A DNA stretch of 64,000 nucleotides. Source: Omnitrophica WOR_2 bacterium RIFOXYA2_FULL_38_17. Its GTDB lineage: Bacteria > Omnitrophota > Gorgyraeia > Zapsychrales > Zapsychraceae. The notes beneath the pieces are model-generated. The model made no database searches. It saw only the letters and a program-made list of their open reading frames with translations, and was not told the DNA's origin. Numbering within the stretch: position 1 is the first letter of the stretch; every line of letters starts with the position of its first letter. The position numbers were made by a program, and so were the translations under genes. Of the stretch, positions 50,341 to 60,196 are shown one piece after another. The stretch lies in the NCBI GenBank assembly GCA_001805965.1, contig MHHG01000006.1, positions 3,741 through 67,740 on the forward strand. Direction: 5' to 3'.

Positions 50341-51228
50341 ATGAAGAATAAAATCGATGAATTTATAAACTACTTGTCTGTCGAAAGAGGATTGGCCAAC
50401 AATACATTGCTGGCCTATAGAAGAGATCTTACCAAATATGCAGAGTTCTCTGAAAAAAAAGGAGTGGATGACGCTCAAAGAGTTAATAGAGGGCATATCA
50501 CCGATTATATGTTTTCTCAGAAACAAAAGGGGCTTTGCGCAAGTTCCATCAGCAGGAATCTGGCTGCTATTAAAACATTTCACAGGTTCCTGGTCCGTGA
50601 AAGGCTGGCGACAGAAGACCCTTCTGACCTGATCGATACCCCAAGGCTTTGGAAAAAAGTTCCTGAGGTCTTAAGTGCCGTTGAGGTGGAAGCCATGATA
50701 AATGCTTCAAAGGGCCGTGGATGGCAGGCTATAAGGGATAATGCAATTCTAGAGCTGTTCTATGCAAGCGGCATGAGGGTTTCAGAACTGGTAAACCTTA
50801 AGGTTGATAATGTGAATATTGAAGTAGGGTATGTGAGATGTATAGGCAAAGGACAGAAGGAAAGGATAATCCCTATAGGGAAAAAGGCGCGTGCGGCTGT
50901 TGAAAAATATTGTCTTTCAGCCCGGCCGAAATTAGCAAAAAAGAATATGACGCTGGTGCTTTTTCTCAGCCGTTTAGGCAAGCAGATAAGCCGGCAGAGC
51001 ATCTGGAAAATAATAAAGCAGTATGCGAAAAAAGCCAAGATAAAGAGAGAGATCAAACCCCACACTTTAAGGCATTCATTTGCGACGCATTTGCTTGAGC
51101 ATGGTGCGGACCTTCGCTCTGTCCAGGAGATGCTGGGCCATTCGGACATTTCTACAACACAAATTTATACTCATGTCGATAAAGAGAGGCTTAAAACCAT
51201 TCACTCACAATTTCATCCAAGGGGCTGA
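50341..51228 (+). CDS. xerD: Site-specific tyrosine recombinase XerD
   Basis: ERGLA.NT..AYRRDL, YASGMRVSEL and PHTLRHSFATHLL...QEMLGHSDISTTQIYTHV motifs. Confidence 0.93.
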   Translation: MKNKIDEFINYLSVERGLANNTLLAYRRDLTKYAEFSEKKGVDDAQRVNRGHITDYMFSQKQKGLCASSISRNLAAIKTFHRFLVRERLATEDPSDLIDTPRLWKKVPEVLSAVEVEAMINASKGRGWQAIRDNAILELFYASGMRVSELVNLKVDNVNIEVGYVRCIGKGQKERIIPIGKKARAAVEKYCLSARPKLAKKNMTLVLFLSRLGKQISRQSIWKIIKQYAKKAKIKREIKPHTLRHSFATHLLEHGADLRSVQEMLGHSDISTTQIYTHVDKERLKTIHSQFHPRG

Positions 51229-51235
51229 TATATAG

Positions 51236-52492
51236 ATGACAGATTATTTTAGAAAATGCGATAAAGATGTTTTGAGGATAATAAAAAAGGTGGGAAAGGT
51301 CGCAGATAGGACCGGGATCGATTGTTATATTGTCGGGGGGATAGTTCGTGATCTGGTCTTGGGAAAGAAGAACCTTGACCTGGATATTGTTCTTGAGGGT
51401 GACGCAATTTCTTTTGCAAAAAATGTCAACGAGGATTTCGGGGGGAAGCTAAACACATATGACGGATTCGGCACGGCAAGCGTTATTCTGAAAAATGGTT
51501 TTGTTGTGGATTTTGCCACCGCAAGGAAAGAAAGGTATGCTAAGCCGGGGGCCCTTCCAACAGTTAGAAGGGGTAGTTTAAAAGACGATCTTTACAGGCG
51601 GGATTTTACTATAAATGCCTTGGCAATATCCATAAGAAAAGATAGTTTTGGTGAGCTTGTAGATGAGTTCGGGGGATTGAGGGATATAAAGAGCAAAAAA
51701 ATACGGGTTCTTCATGATAAAAGCTTTATTGATGATCCAACCAGGATCTTAAGAGGTGTCAGGTTTGAACAGAGGTTTGATTTTAAGTTTGAACAAAGGA
51801 CCAGTGAGTTGCTGATAAGGGCCTTAGAAAAAAGGCGGGAAAGGAATGTCAAGGCGCCAAGATATTTTGTTGAGTTCAAGAAATTATTGGCTGAAAATGA
51901 CCCTGTTAAGGGCTTGAAGAGGCTTAAGGTTTTAGGCGGTTTGGATTTTCTGACCGGTAAGAACAAAATAAGCTTTGTTCTTATGTCAAATGTACACAAG
52001 AACATTATAGAGATCAAAAAGAAGGATATTTTCGATAATAAGAACTGGTGGCTGATATATTTTATGTCGATAATTAAAGTGCTGGATGATTTTACGTTTA
52101 ATAATATCCTTGGGAAATTTCATTTTAAAAAAGAGGAAAAAGTTAGTATTTTATACTCAAGGGAAGTTGAGCTCATCATTAAAAGGCTTTCGGAGAAAGA
52201 GATTCTGCCAAGCCAGGTCTACGAAATATTGAACAGGTTAAATGGGGATGTTGTTGTTTTTACAAGGGCTTGTTCGAAGAGCAGCCTGGTTTCATCGAGA
52301 ATAGATAGATACTTAACAAAAGATAGAAATGTTAAATTGAGCATAACGGGCAAAGACCTTAAGGCATTTGGAGTGGAATCAGGCAAAAGGATTGGCGAGA
52401 TCCTTGAAACGGTCCTTTACTGGAAAATCGATAATAATATTAACCTTAAAAGAGAAGAAATAAGTTTAGCTAAACAGCTTGCTTTGCTGTGA
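51236..52492 (+). CDS. cca: tRNA nucleotidyltransferase (CCA- or A-adding; poly(A) polymerase superfamily)
   Basis: VGGIVRDL, DLDIV, DFATAR.E.Y, DL.RRDFTINA and DDPTRILR motifs. Confidence 0.8.
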   Translation: MTDYFRKCDKDVLRIIKKVGKVADRTGIDCYIVGGIVRDLVLGKKNLDLDIVLEGDAISFAKNVNEDFGGKLNTYDGFGTASVILKNGFVVDFATARKERYAKPGALPTVRRGSLKDDLYRRDFTINALAISIRKDSFGELVDEFGGLRDIKSKKIRVLHDKSFIDDPTRILRGVRFEQRFDFKFEQRTSELLIRALEKRRERNVKAPRYFVEFKKLLAENDPVKGLKRLKVLGGLDFLTGKNKISFVLMSNVHKNIIEIKKKDIFDNKNWWLIYFMSIIKVLDDFTFNNILGKFHFKKEEKVSILYSREVELIIKRLSEKEILPSQVYEILNRLNGDVVVFTRACSKSSLVSSRIDRYLTKDRNVKLSITGKDLKAFGVESGKRIGEILETVLYWKIDNNINLKREEISLAKQLALL

Positions 52493-52507
52493 GATAGGAG
52501 TTTATAT

Positions 52508-52861
52508 ATGAGCAGAATAGAGAGAGTGAACCAGCAGGTAAAAAGAGAGATCAGCCGGATAATACAGCTTGAATTGTCCGATCCCAGGCTTGAATTTGTA
52601 TCTATTACAGGTGTGGAGGTGAGCAAGGACCTTAGAAATGCCCGGGTATATTTTAGCGTTCTTGGCGATGAAAGCAGGGTGGAAGCTGCTGCTACAGGAC
52701 TTAACGGCGCCGGAGGAACAATTAGGGGGTTGCTAAGTAAAAAACTCAATATGCGCAATACGCCGGAACTAAGATTTTACCACGATAAATCGATAGAGTA
52801 TTCCAGCTTCGTCGAGGAAACGTTAAAGGAGATAAATGATGAACATAACAGCGATCAATGA
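52508..52861 (+). CDS. rbfA: Ribosome-binding factor A
   Basis: RIERV, DPRL, SKDLRNARVY and PELRF motifs. Confidence 0.94.
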   Translation: MSRIERVNQQVKREISRIIQLELSDPRLEFVSITGVEVSKDLRNARVYFSVLGDESRVEAAATGLNGAGGTIRGLLSKKLNMRNTPELRFYHDKSIEYSSFVEETLKEINDEHNSDQ

Positions 52862-53798
52862 ACTTATAAGGAAGAACAAAAGCTTTCTGGTCACTACGCA
52901 TGTTAATCCTGACCCTGACGGGATCTGTTCTCAGCTTACATTTGCCCAGTATCTAAAGAGCAAAGGGAAAAAGGTCTTTGTTATAAATAATGAGAAGATG
53001 CTGGCAAGATTTCATTTTCTCCCGGGAGTAAAGCAGATAAAGCATTATCAGGAAGGCATGATAAAGAAGTTCGATGTTGCGGTCGTTCTGGATTGTGGTG
53101 AACCAAATAGGGTTGGTAAGGTTAGCAGGCTGATAAAAGATGGAGTGAAGGTCATTAATATTGATCACCATATTACAAACAGTTATTTTGGAGATGCAAA
53201 CCTGGTTGATCTAAAAGCTTCCTCAACTTCCGAGATCGTGTTTGAGTATCTGAAAAAAGTTAAGTTCAAGCTTAATAAGAATATTGCGATCTGGCTGTAC
53301 TCCGGAATCATGACCGACACAGGTTCTTTCCGTTATGAAAATACAACTCAACGCACACATGCTATTACCGCAGAGCTTATGCATTTCAAGTTCTCAGTAA
53401 CCGATATATACCGTCATTTATATGAAATGGTCCCTATCGGGGACCTTCAGGCTTTCACTCAGGTCGTTACGCGCTTTGACGCGCTTTTTGGAGGGAAAGT
53501 CGTTTGTGTGGAGCTGCATAAAAAAGTTTTATCAAAGTTTTCAGATAGCTTTGATCTTCGTGATACAATATTTAAATTTTTAAGGGCCATTAAAGGTGTA
53601 GAGGTATATGTAATATTAACTGAGATAGGTCGCAATAAGACCAGGGTTAACCTGAGGTCTTCAAGGAAATTTGATGTTGCAAGGCTTGCGAATGTTTTTG
53701 ACGGCGGCGGTCATAAAAGGGCGAGCGGGTGCGCGATAGATAAAAATATAAAAGATGCAAGGACCAAGATAATTAATCAAATAAAAAAGAGCTTATAA
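52836..53798 (+). CDS. nrnA: DHH-family oligoribonuclease / pAp phosphatase
   Basis: HVNPDPDG, NIDHH, TDTGSF and GGGHKRASG motifs. Confidence 0.88.
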   Translation: MMNITAINELIRKNKSFLVTTHVNPDPDGICSQLTFAQYLKSKGKKVFVINNEKMLARFHFLPGVKQIKHYQEGMIKKFDVAVVLDCGEPNRVGKVSRLIKDGVKVINIDHHITNSYFGDANLVDLKASSTSEIVFEYLKKVKFKLNKNIAIWLYSGIMTDTGSFRYENTTQRTHAITAELMHFKFSVTDIYRHLYEMVPIGDLQAFTQVVTRFDALFGGKVVCVELHKKVLSKFSDSFDLRDTIFKFLRAIKGVEVYVILTEIGRNKTRVNLRSSRKFDVARLANVFDGGGHKRASGCAIDKNIKDARTKIINQIKKSL

Positions 53799-54460
53799 TG
53801 AATGGTATAGTAGTCATAAACAAACCGAACGGGATAACATCTCATGATGTTGTCGACAGGATAAGAAGGAAGTTCCGCATGAAGCGCGTCGGACATGCCG
53901 GGACGCTGGACCCTTTAGCAACCGGGGTTTTGGTCTTGCTGCTTGGAAAATCCACAAAGTTATTTGATAGATTTGTGGATTTTGACAAAGCTTATAGGGC
54001 AACAATGATATTGGGGACAAAGACTATTTCAGCTGATACAGAAGGTGAAATAATTGAAACGAAGGCCTTTAGCCATATTACAGAAGGGCAAATAAAAGAA
54101 GTTTTTGAGAGATTTCAAGGAGATATAGAGCAATTGCCGCCGATGGTCTCAGCGGTAAAAATAGGTGGCAAGAAACTTTATGAGATGGCAAGAAAAGGGG
54201 TGAACATTGAGAGAAAGCCCAGGAATGTAAGGATCGACCGCCTTGATATCGAAGAGATTGATTTTCCGGATGTAAGGTTCTATATGGAATGTTCAAAAGG
54301 CACTTATGTCAGGCAGCTGGCTGATGATGTCGGCGATGCTTTAGGCTGCGGTGCCTGTATATCACAAATTCAGAGAACGAAAGTCGGCCCATTTAATATT
54401 GAAGAAGCGGTAACTATTGAGGATCTAAATGAGGATCATATACGGGATTGGACAGATTAA
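53798..54460 (+). CDS. truB: tRNA pseudouridine(55) synthase
   Basis: GHAGTLDPLATGVL, PP..SAVK and CSKGTYVR motifs. Confidence 0.95.
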   Translation: MNGIVVINKPNGITSHDVVDRIRRKFRMKRVGHAGTLDPLATGVLVLLLGKSTKLFDRFVDFDKAYRATMILGTKTISADTEGEIIETKAFSHITEGQIKEVFERFQGDIEQLPPMVSAVKIGGKKLYEMARKGVNIERKPRNVRIDRLDIEEIDFPDVRFYMECSKGTYVRQLADDVGDALGCGACISQIQRTKVGPFNIEEAVTIEDLNEDHIRDWTD

Positions 54461-55370
54461 AAAGCCTTTAAATAGCTCTGTTATGGCTATTGGGGTTTTT
54501 GACGGGGTCCATAAAGGGCACCAGGCGCTTATTAAAAAAGCTGTTTCAAAGGCTAAGCGGCTGGGCACAAAATCAGTTGTAATGACATTTTCACCGCACC
54601 CGGTTTCTGTTCTTCATCCCAAATTCGAATTATCCCTTATCACTTCCCTTGACCATAAGATAAAGCTTATTGAGGCTTTGGATGTTGATATTTTAATTGT
54701 TATTAAGTTTACGAAGCTCTTCGCAGTCCAGTCACCTGACACATTTATTAAAAAATATATTGCTAATAAGCTTAACTCAAAAGAGGTATATGTTGGTGAT
54801 GATTTTCGCTTTGGGAGCGGAAGGACCGGGGAAATTGATTCATTTAAAGCCTTGGCCAGGTCTTATGGATTTAATGTTAATGTTATAAAACTGATCAAAA
54901 ATGATAATGAAAAAGTAAGCAGCTCGGTTATTCGAAATTTGATCAAGAGCGGAGATCTAAATAAGGCTAAAAGGCTTCTTGGCCGTTATGTTGCAATAGA
55001 AGGCAAGGTCGTCAAGGGTGATGCTAGAGGCAGAAAGCTCGGGTTCCCGACAGCAAATATAATTCCGGATAAAGAGATAATACCTCCTCTTGGGGTTTAC
55101 GCGGCTATTATAAGTATTGATGGCAAGCGTTACAGGGGGGTGACAAATGTGGGGTTTTGTCCTGTCTTTAGAAGGAATGCAGAGAATGTAACAGTGGAGA
55201 CCTTTATTTTTGATTTTAATAAGAATATCTATGGAAAAGTCATAGTGATCGCTTTTGTTAAAAGAATACGTGATGAATTGAATTTCAAAACACAGGATAA
55301 ACTTATTGAGCAAATGAAGAAAGATGAATTTAAGGCAAGAAGGATTCTATCAGGGGAGGCATCAATATGA
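54429..55370 (+). CDS. ribF: Bifunctional riboflavin kinase / FAD synthetase
   Basis: GVFDGVHKGH, SSSVIR and GRKLGFPTAN motifs. Confidence 0.95.
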   Translation: MRIIYGIGQIKKPLNSSVMAIGVFDGVHKGHQALIKKAVSKAKRLGTKSVVMTFSPHPVSVLHPKFELSLITSLDHKIKLIEALDVDILIVIKFTKLFAVQSPDTFIKKYIANKLNSKEVYVGDDFRFGSGRTGEIDSFKALARSYGFNVNVIKLIKNDNEKVSSSVIRNLIKSGDLNKAKRLLGRYVAIEGKVVKGDARGRKLGFPTANIIPDKEIIPPLGVYAAIISIDGKRYRGVTNVGFCPVFRRNAENVTVETFIFDFNKNIYGKVIVIAFVKRIRDELNFKTQDKLIEQMKKDEFKARRILSGEASI

Positions 55371-58054
55371 GGCTTAAAACAAGGAATATTGGGATCAGTA
55401 TTTTAGTGTTATTCTTGCTGGATCTAATAAGCTGCAATCTCTCTTTTGCAAAAAACAATGTTCCAAGTACTTATAATGTGCTTGTCATGCAGTCCTATCA
55501 CAGTACCTTGACATGGTCTAAGTCAATAGAACAAGGAATAGAAACATATTTTGAGCATTCAGGTCAGGGCGTTAACTTGCAAATTGAATATATGGATTCG
55601 AAGAGAGTTTGGGATGAGACCTACAAAAAGGTGCTTTATGATATTTATAAATATAAGTATAAGCCAAATGAGTTTAATCTTATCATAAGCGTCGATAACA
55701 ATGCATTTGATTTTCTGGTTGAATATAGGGATAAGCTTTTTGGGAGCATTCCTGTTGTTTTCTGCGGAGTAAATGATTTTCAGGATTCAATGTTAAATAA
55801 TGTGGGGCTTTTTACAGGTATTGTTGAAGATATTAGCTTTAAAGAGACAATTGATGCTGCGCTTTCTCTTCATCCTGAAACAAACAATATAGTTATTTAT
55901 GGGATTGATTCAATAACATATATGGCAAATAAAGCTGCTATCAGGAGAATTGAAGGCGATTATAAGGATAGTGTGAAGTTCACTTATGTAGAAAATGCAA
56001 ATATGGAAATGATAGAAAAACATGCGCATGCCCTAAAGAACGGTAATCTTATCTTGATCATATCCTCCATGAAAAATGCTGCTGGAGTGATTCTTTCTTT
56101 TGAGGACTATTGTTACAGGACAAGCCATGCGGCAAAGGTCCCTGTTTATAGCTTTTGGGATTTTCATGTCGGGCATGGCATAGTCGGAGGAAAAGTTATT
56201 AGCGGAAGGTCGCAGGGAGAAACAGCTGCAAAAATGGCTTTAACTATTCTTAAAGGCGCAGATCCCAGGATGATCCCAGTTATTAAGACCAGTCCTAATG
56301 AATATTATTTTGATCTTCAACAGTTAGAGAGATTTCATATAGATGTTTCCAGCCTGCCTAAGGGAAGTAATGTTGTTAACAAGAAAGTCGGGGTCTATGA
56401 AAAATATTATAATCTGATATTTAAGGTTCTAGGCGTTTTTGTTTTTCTTTTTATTTTGATCTTGCTGTTGATCGTGGATATTGAAGGAAGAAAAAGAACA
56501 GAAATTGCTTTAAGGGCAAGTGAGAAAAAGTTCAGGTCGATCATAGAATCATCAAGCGACTGGATCTGGGAAGTAGATGGCGATGGTGTATATACTTATG
56601 TAAGCCCGATGGTCAAGGATATTCTTGGATATGAGGTTGACGAAGTTCTGGGAAAAACCGTTTTTGATTTTATGAACGATGAAGAGGCGGAAAGGGTGTT
56701 CGAGGTTTTTGATCATATTATTGATAAAAAAGCCAATATGGAATCTGTTGAGAGCACTTGTATCCATAAAAAGGGTCACGAAGTGGTTCTCGAGACGAAC
56801 GGGGTACCGATCCTTGATAACGAAGGACAACTGCGAGGGTATAGAGGTGTTGACCGGGATATTACTAAGCGAAAAAAAGCGGAAAATGAGCTTAAGGATA
56901 GTGAGGAGAAGTTCCATAAGATATTTTATACGGGATCTGCGGCAATGATCATCAGTGATTTTAACTCCGGAGAAATAATCGATGTTAATAATATGTTCCT
57001 TGATAGTATGGGGTATAAAAAGGAAGAGGTCATTGGTAGAACTTCAAAGGCATTGGGGCTTTTTTCGGATTATTCTGACAGGGAAAAAATGAGGAATATG
57101 ATGATCGATAACGGCAGTGTCAGGAATTTTGAGATCAAGGTTAGAACAAAGGGAAATGAAGAACGTTTAGGCCTGTTTTCTGCGGATTTTATTAACATAC
57201 AGGACAAGAAAGCATTATTGTCGATAGTCACTGATATTACTGAATTAAAGAGGTCACAGGAACTTATGATCCAGTCTGAAAAAATGTTGTCTGTGGGCGG
57301 CCTTGCCGCAGGCATAGCACACGAGATCAACAATCCCCTGGCGGGGATCCTGCAGAACATGCAGCTGATAAGGAATCGTTTGAAAAAAGAAAAAGCGGCT
57401 AATGTGAACATTGCCAACGAATTTGGCTTGAACCTCCATGCCCTTGATGAGTATATGCAGCGAAGAGATATTGAAATGATGATGGATCTTATAGTTGACT
57501 CTGGGAAGCGCGCTGCAAAAATTGTTAACAATATATTAAGTTTTAGCCGTAAGTCGGAAGAGGACTTTGCATATAACAATATTGCAAAGCTTTTAGATGA
57601 ATCTGTTGAGCTTGCAAGCAGCGATTATGATCTTAAGAAAAAATATGATTTTAAAAATATAAAGATCATTCGTGAGTGCAAAGATGAGGGTTGCATGATC
57701 CCTTGTGAATTCAGTCAGATACAGCAGGTATTCTTTAATATCTTAAGAAATGGCGCAGAGGCGATGAAATCTACAAAGGACCCTAAATTCATCATTCGGA
57801 TGTATCATAAAAACAATATGTTTGTTATAGAGTTTGAGGATAATGGCCCTGGACTGGAAGAAAGTGTTGCAAAAAGAGTGTTTGAGCCTTTTTTTACAAC
57901 AAAGGCTGTCGGTGAAGGGACCGGCTTAGGCTTGTCTGTCTCATATTTTATTATAGTGGAGAAACATGGCGGGAAGTTGGAGGTTGAATCTGTTTTAGGG
58001 AGAGGAGCTAAATTTATCGTTTCTCTGCCTAAGAATCACGAGAAAATTTCGTAA
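55367..58054 (+). CDS. Membrane sensor histidine kinase (periplasmic binding-protein-like sensor, two PAS, HisKA, HATPase)
   Basis: Signal/TM segments, SSDWIWE PAS, AAGIAHEINNPL H-box, DNGPG and FTTK..GEGTGLGL. Confidence 0.92.
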   Translation: MRLKTRNIGISILVLFLLDLISCNLSFAKNNVPSTYNVLVMQSYHSTLTWSKSIEQGIETYFEHSGQGVNLQIEYMDSKRVWDETYKKVLYDIYKYKYKPNEFNLIISVDNNAFDFLVEYRDKLFGSIPVVFCGVNDFQDSMLNNVGLFTGIVEDISFKETIDAALSLHPETNNIVIYGIDSITYMANKAAIRRIEGDYKDSVKFTYVENANMEMIEKHAHALKNGNLILIISSMKNAAGVILSFEDYCYRTSHAAKVPVYSFWDFHVGHGIVGGKVISGRSQGETAAKMALTILKGADPRMIPVIKTSPNEYYFDLQQLERFHIDVSSLPKGSNVVNKKVGVYEKYYNLIFKVLGVFVFLFILILLLIVDIEGRKRTEIALRASEKKFRSIIESSSDWIWEVDGDGVYTYVSPMVKDILGYEVDEVLGKTVFDFMNDEEAERVFEVFDHIIDKKANMESVESTCIHKKGHEVVLETNGVPILDNEGQLRGYRGVDRDITKRKKAENELKDSEEKFHKIFYTGSAAMIISDFNSGEIIDVNNMFLDSMGYKKEEVIGRTSKALGLFSDYSDREKMRNMMIDNGSVRNFEIKVRTKGNEERLGLFSADFINIQDKKALLSIVTDITELKRSQELMIQSEKMLSVGGLAAGIAHEINNPLAGILQNMQLIRNRLKKEKAANVNIANEFGLNLHALDEYMQRRDIEMMMDLIVDSGKRAAKIVNNILSFSRKSEEDFAYNNIAKLLDESVELASSDYDLKKKYDFKNIKIIRECKDEGCMIPCEFSQIQQVFFNILRNGAEAMKSTKDPKFIIRMYHKNNMFVIEFEDNGPGLEESVAKRVFEPFFTTKAVGEGTGLGLSVSYFIIVEKHGGKLEVESVLGRGAKFIVSLPKNHEKIS

Positions 58055-58076
58055 ATATCTGTAATTTATAATATTT

Positions 58077-58126
58077 AAGGCGATTGTCACTGATTTGATC
58101 ATGAAAGGTGGCAATCGCCTTTTTTT
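58077..58126 (+). terminator. Intrinsic terminator
   Basis: AAGGCGATTGTCAC ... GTGGCAATCGCCTTTTTTT. Confidence 0.8.
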
Positions 58127-58138
58127 GTCCTTATTTTA

Positions 58139-58202
58139 TTGACTTTCTTATTTGTTATATGTATACTGTGAATTGTAATGGTGTAAAGTGGAGTGAAGTG
58201 GT
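58139..58202 (+). promoter_or_regulatory. dcw promoter with MraZ-binding direct repeats
   Basis: TTGACT-N17-TATACT followed by GTGA/ATGG/GTGG/GTGG at a 10-nt period (58168, 58178, 58188, 58198). Confidence 0.7.
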
Positions 58203-58260
58203 TAACAGGGCAAAAATATTTTGCTTATCTGCTTTTATTATCTGATTCGGAGAATTGATA

Positions 58261-58698
58261 ATGTTTTATGGTGAATTCAAACATAGCATTGATGAAAAAG
58301 GGCGGGTGATACTTCCATCAAAGTTCCGGGATGTCTCCAAGGAATTCTCTATTGAAAAATTCTTTCTTACCCGTGGCTTAGATAAATGTATTTTCATGTT
58401 CAGCGAAAATGAATGGACTATACAGGAAGAGAAGTTCAAGCAGGCCCCTTTCACAAAAAAAGAAACAAGAAGTTTTAACAGGATGTTTTTTGCCGGTGCT
58501 GTAGATGTTTTTCCTGACAAGCAGGGCAGATTCATAATTCCTCAGTATTTAAAAGATTACGCCAGTATAACAAAAGATATTGTCGTGATCGGTGTTTCAA
58601 ACAGGATCGAGATCTGGGATAGGAAGAAGTGGAGTGAATTTTATTCCAATTCCAGTGATTCGTTTGAGCAGGTAGCAGAAAATATTTTAGATCTTTAG
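58261..58698 (+). CDS. mraZ: Transcriptional regulator MraZ
   Basis: MFYGEF.HSIDEKGRV, DKQGR and RIEIW motifs. Confidence 0.95.
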   Translation: MFYGEFKHSIDEKGRVILPSKFRDVSKEFSIEKFFLTRGLDKCIFMFSENEWTIQEEKFKQAPFTKKETRSFNRMFFAGAVDVFPDKQGRFIIPQYLKDYASITKDIVVIGVSNRIEIWDRKKWSEFYSNSSDSFEQVAENILDL

Positions 58699-58790
58699 TC
58701 CTTATTAATATATCTCTTACAGCATAGGGAATTTATAAATTTTCCTACTCGTTAGTAAAAATATACGAGGCAATAGCCGGATTTTTAATT

Positions 58791-59735
58791 ATGTCTCAAC
58801 TAACTTTAGAACAAGCAAAGGATGAGATGACGGAATCTTACGGAGTGAAATCTATACATGTTCCGGTGATGCTCCAGGAGGTTATGGAATACCTGAGGCC
58901 TCGGGAGGGCAATATTTTTCTCGACGGGACGATAGGCTTGGGTGGGCACGCTGAAAGCATCCTCGAGGCTATCGGTGAAAAAGGCCGTTTAATTGGCATT
59001 GACCGTGACCAGAATGCGCTTAGCCTTGCCGAGAAAAGATTGGAGAAGTACGCAAAGCAGTGTAATTTTATTTACGGGAATTTTAGGGATTTTGACAATA
59101 TCTCTAAAGATCTCGGTATAAGGAACCTCGATGGTATTTTGTTGGACGTAGGCGTTTCAAGCCTGCAGCTAGATAATCCTGACCGCGGATTTAACATAAG
59201 GTCCGAGGGCCCGCTTGATATGCGAATGGACCAGAACGGGCAAATATCCGCATATGATCTTGTTAATTCATTATCCGAGAACGAGATTGCTACTATATTA
59301 AAGGATTTTGGTGAAGAGCGGTTCGCTTTCCGTATTGCCAGGGTTATAGTGGAAAACAGGCATAAAAAGCCAATAGAATCTACCAGAGAGCTGCGGCATC
59401 TGATAATGCGCGCAATGCCTTACAGGAAAAAAAGGGAAAAGATACACCCTGCTACAAGGAGTTTTCAGGCTTTCAGGATCGCGGTTAACAGGGAACTTGA
59501 AGCGCTTGATAAAGCCCTGGATAAGTGTGTGGATATGTTAAAGCCTTCAGGCAGGATCGGAGTGATATGTTTTCATTCTCTGGAAGACAGGATAGTTAAG
59601 GTTAAATTCAGGGATTTTGCAAAAGAAGGAAAATTAAGATTAATTGTGAAAAAACCATTACGGCCTTCAGAAAAAGAGATGGATTTGAACCCTCGTTGCC
59701 GAAGCGCGCGTTTAAGGATCGCCGAAAGGATATAA
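58791..59735 (+). CDS. rsmH: 16S rRNA m4C1402 methyltransferase
   Basis: HVPVML.EV, GLGGHA, GVSS.QLD, PLDMRMD, HPATR.FQA.RI.VN and FHSLEDR motifs. Confidence 0.97.
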   Translation: MSQLTLEQAKDEMTESYGVKSIHVPVMLQEVMEYLRPREGNIFLDGTIGLGGHAESILEAIGEKGRLIGIDRDQNALSLAEKRLEKYAKQCNFIYGNFRDFDNISKDLGIRNLDGILLDVGVSSLQLDNPDRGFNIRSEGPLDMRMDQNGQISAYDLVNSLSENEIATILKDFGEERFAFRIARVIVENRHKKPIESTRELRHLIMRAMPYRKKREKIHPATRSFQAFRIAVNRELEALDKALDKCVDMLKPSGRIGVICFHSLEDRIVKVKFRDFAKEGKLRLIVKKPLRPSEKEMDLNPRCRSARLRIAERI

Positions 59736-60116
59736 ATGAGACTCGCAAAGCTTATAAAATTCATGTGTCTTATGACAGTACTGGCATTGATATACATTCA
59801 TATACAAATGCAGATCACAGACTTTGCTTATCAGGGAATAAAAAAGGATGGGCGCATCAAAGAATTAATAGAAGAGAACGGAAATATTACTTACGCAGTA
59901 TCTACCTTAAAGTCGGCAAATTATTTAGGATTGAAAATGTTTAATGAAAATTCTGATATGCAGTATATAGATCAGGATAATATTGAGCAGATCTCGACAT
60001 CTGAAGAACTTGATGACGTGAAAATTGCAGTTAAGAAAGCTGGCTTTAATAAAGTCCCCGATCAATTATTAAGCCTTTTGTCTTTCGGTTCCCAGGCTGA
60101 GGCAAAACAGCGATAA
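59736..60116 (+). CDS. ftsL: FtsL-like cell division protein
   Basis: Single TM plus coiled coil, located between rsmH and ftsI. Confidence 0.55.
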   Translation: MRLAKLIKFMCLMTVLALIYIHIQMQITDFAYQGIKKDGRIKELIEENGNITYAVSTLKSANYLGLKMFNENSDMQYIDQDNIEQISTSEELDDVKIAVKKAGFNKVPDQLLSLLSFGSQAEAKQR

Positions 60117-60196
60117 CCTATGAGCCAAAACAGATTTGGAAGCAACCTCCAGTACGATTTTAATCAAGCAGATAAAATATTTAGAGTTTAAGAAAA

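Noticed and set aside
50341-51228. Tyrosine recombinase as a mobile-element integrase
   Set aside because: It has a typical XerD sequence in a housekeeping context, with no att repeats or phage genes.
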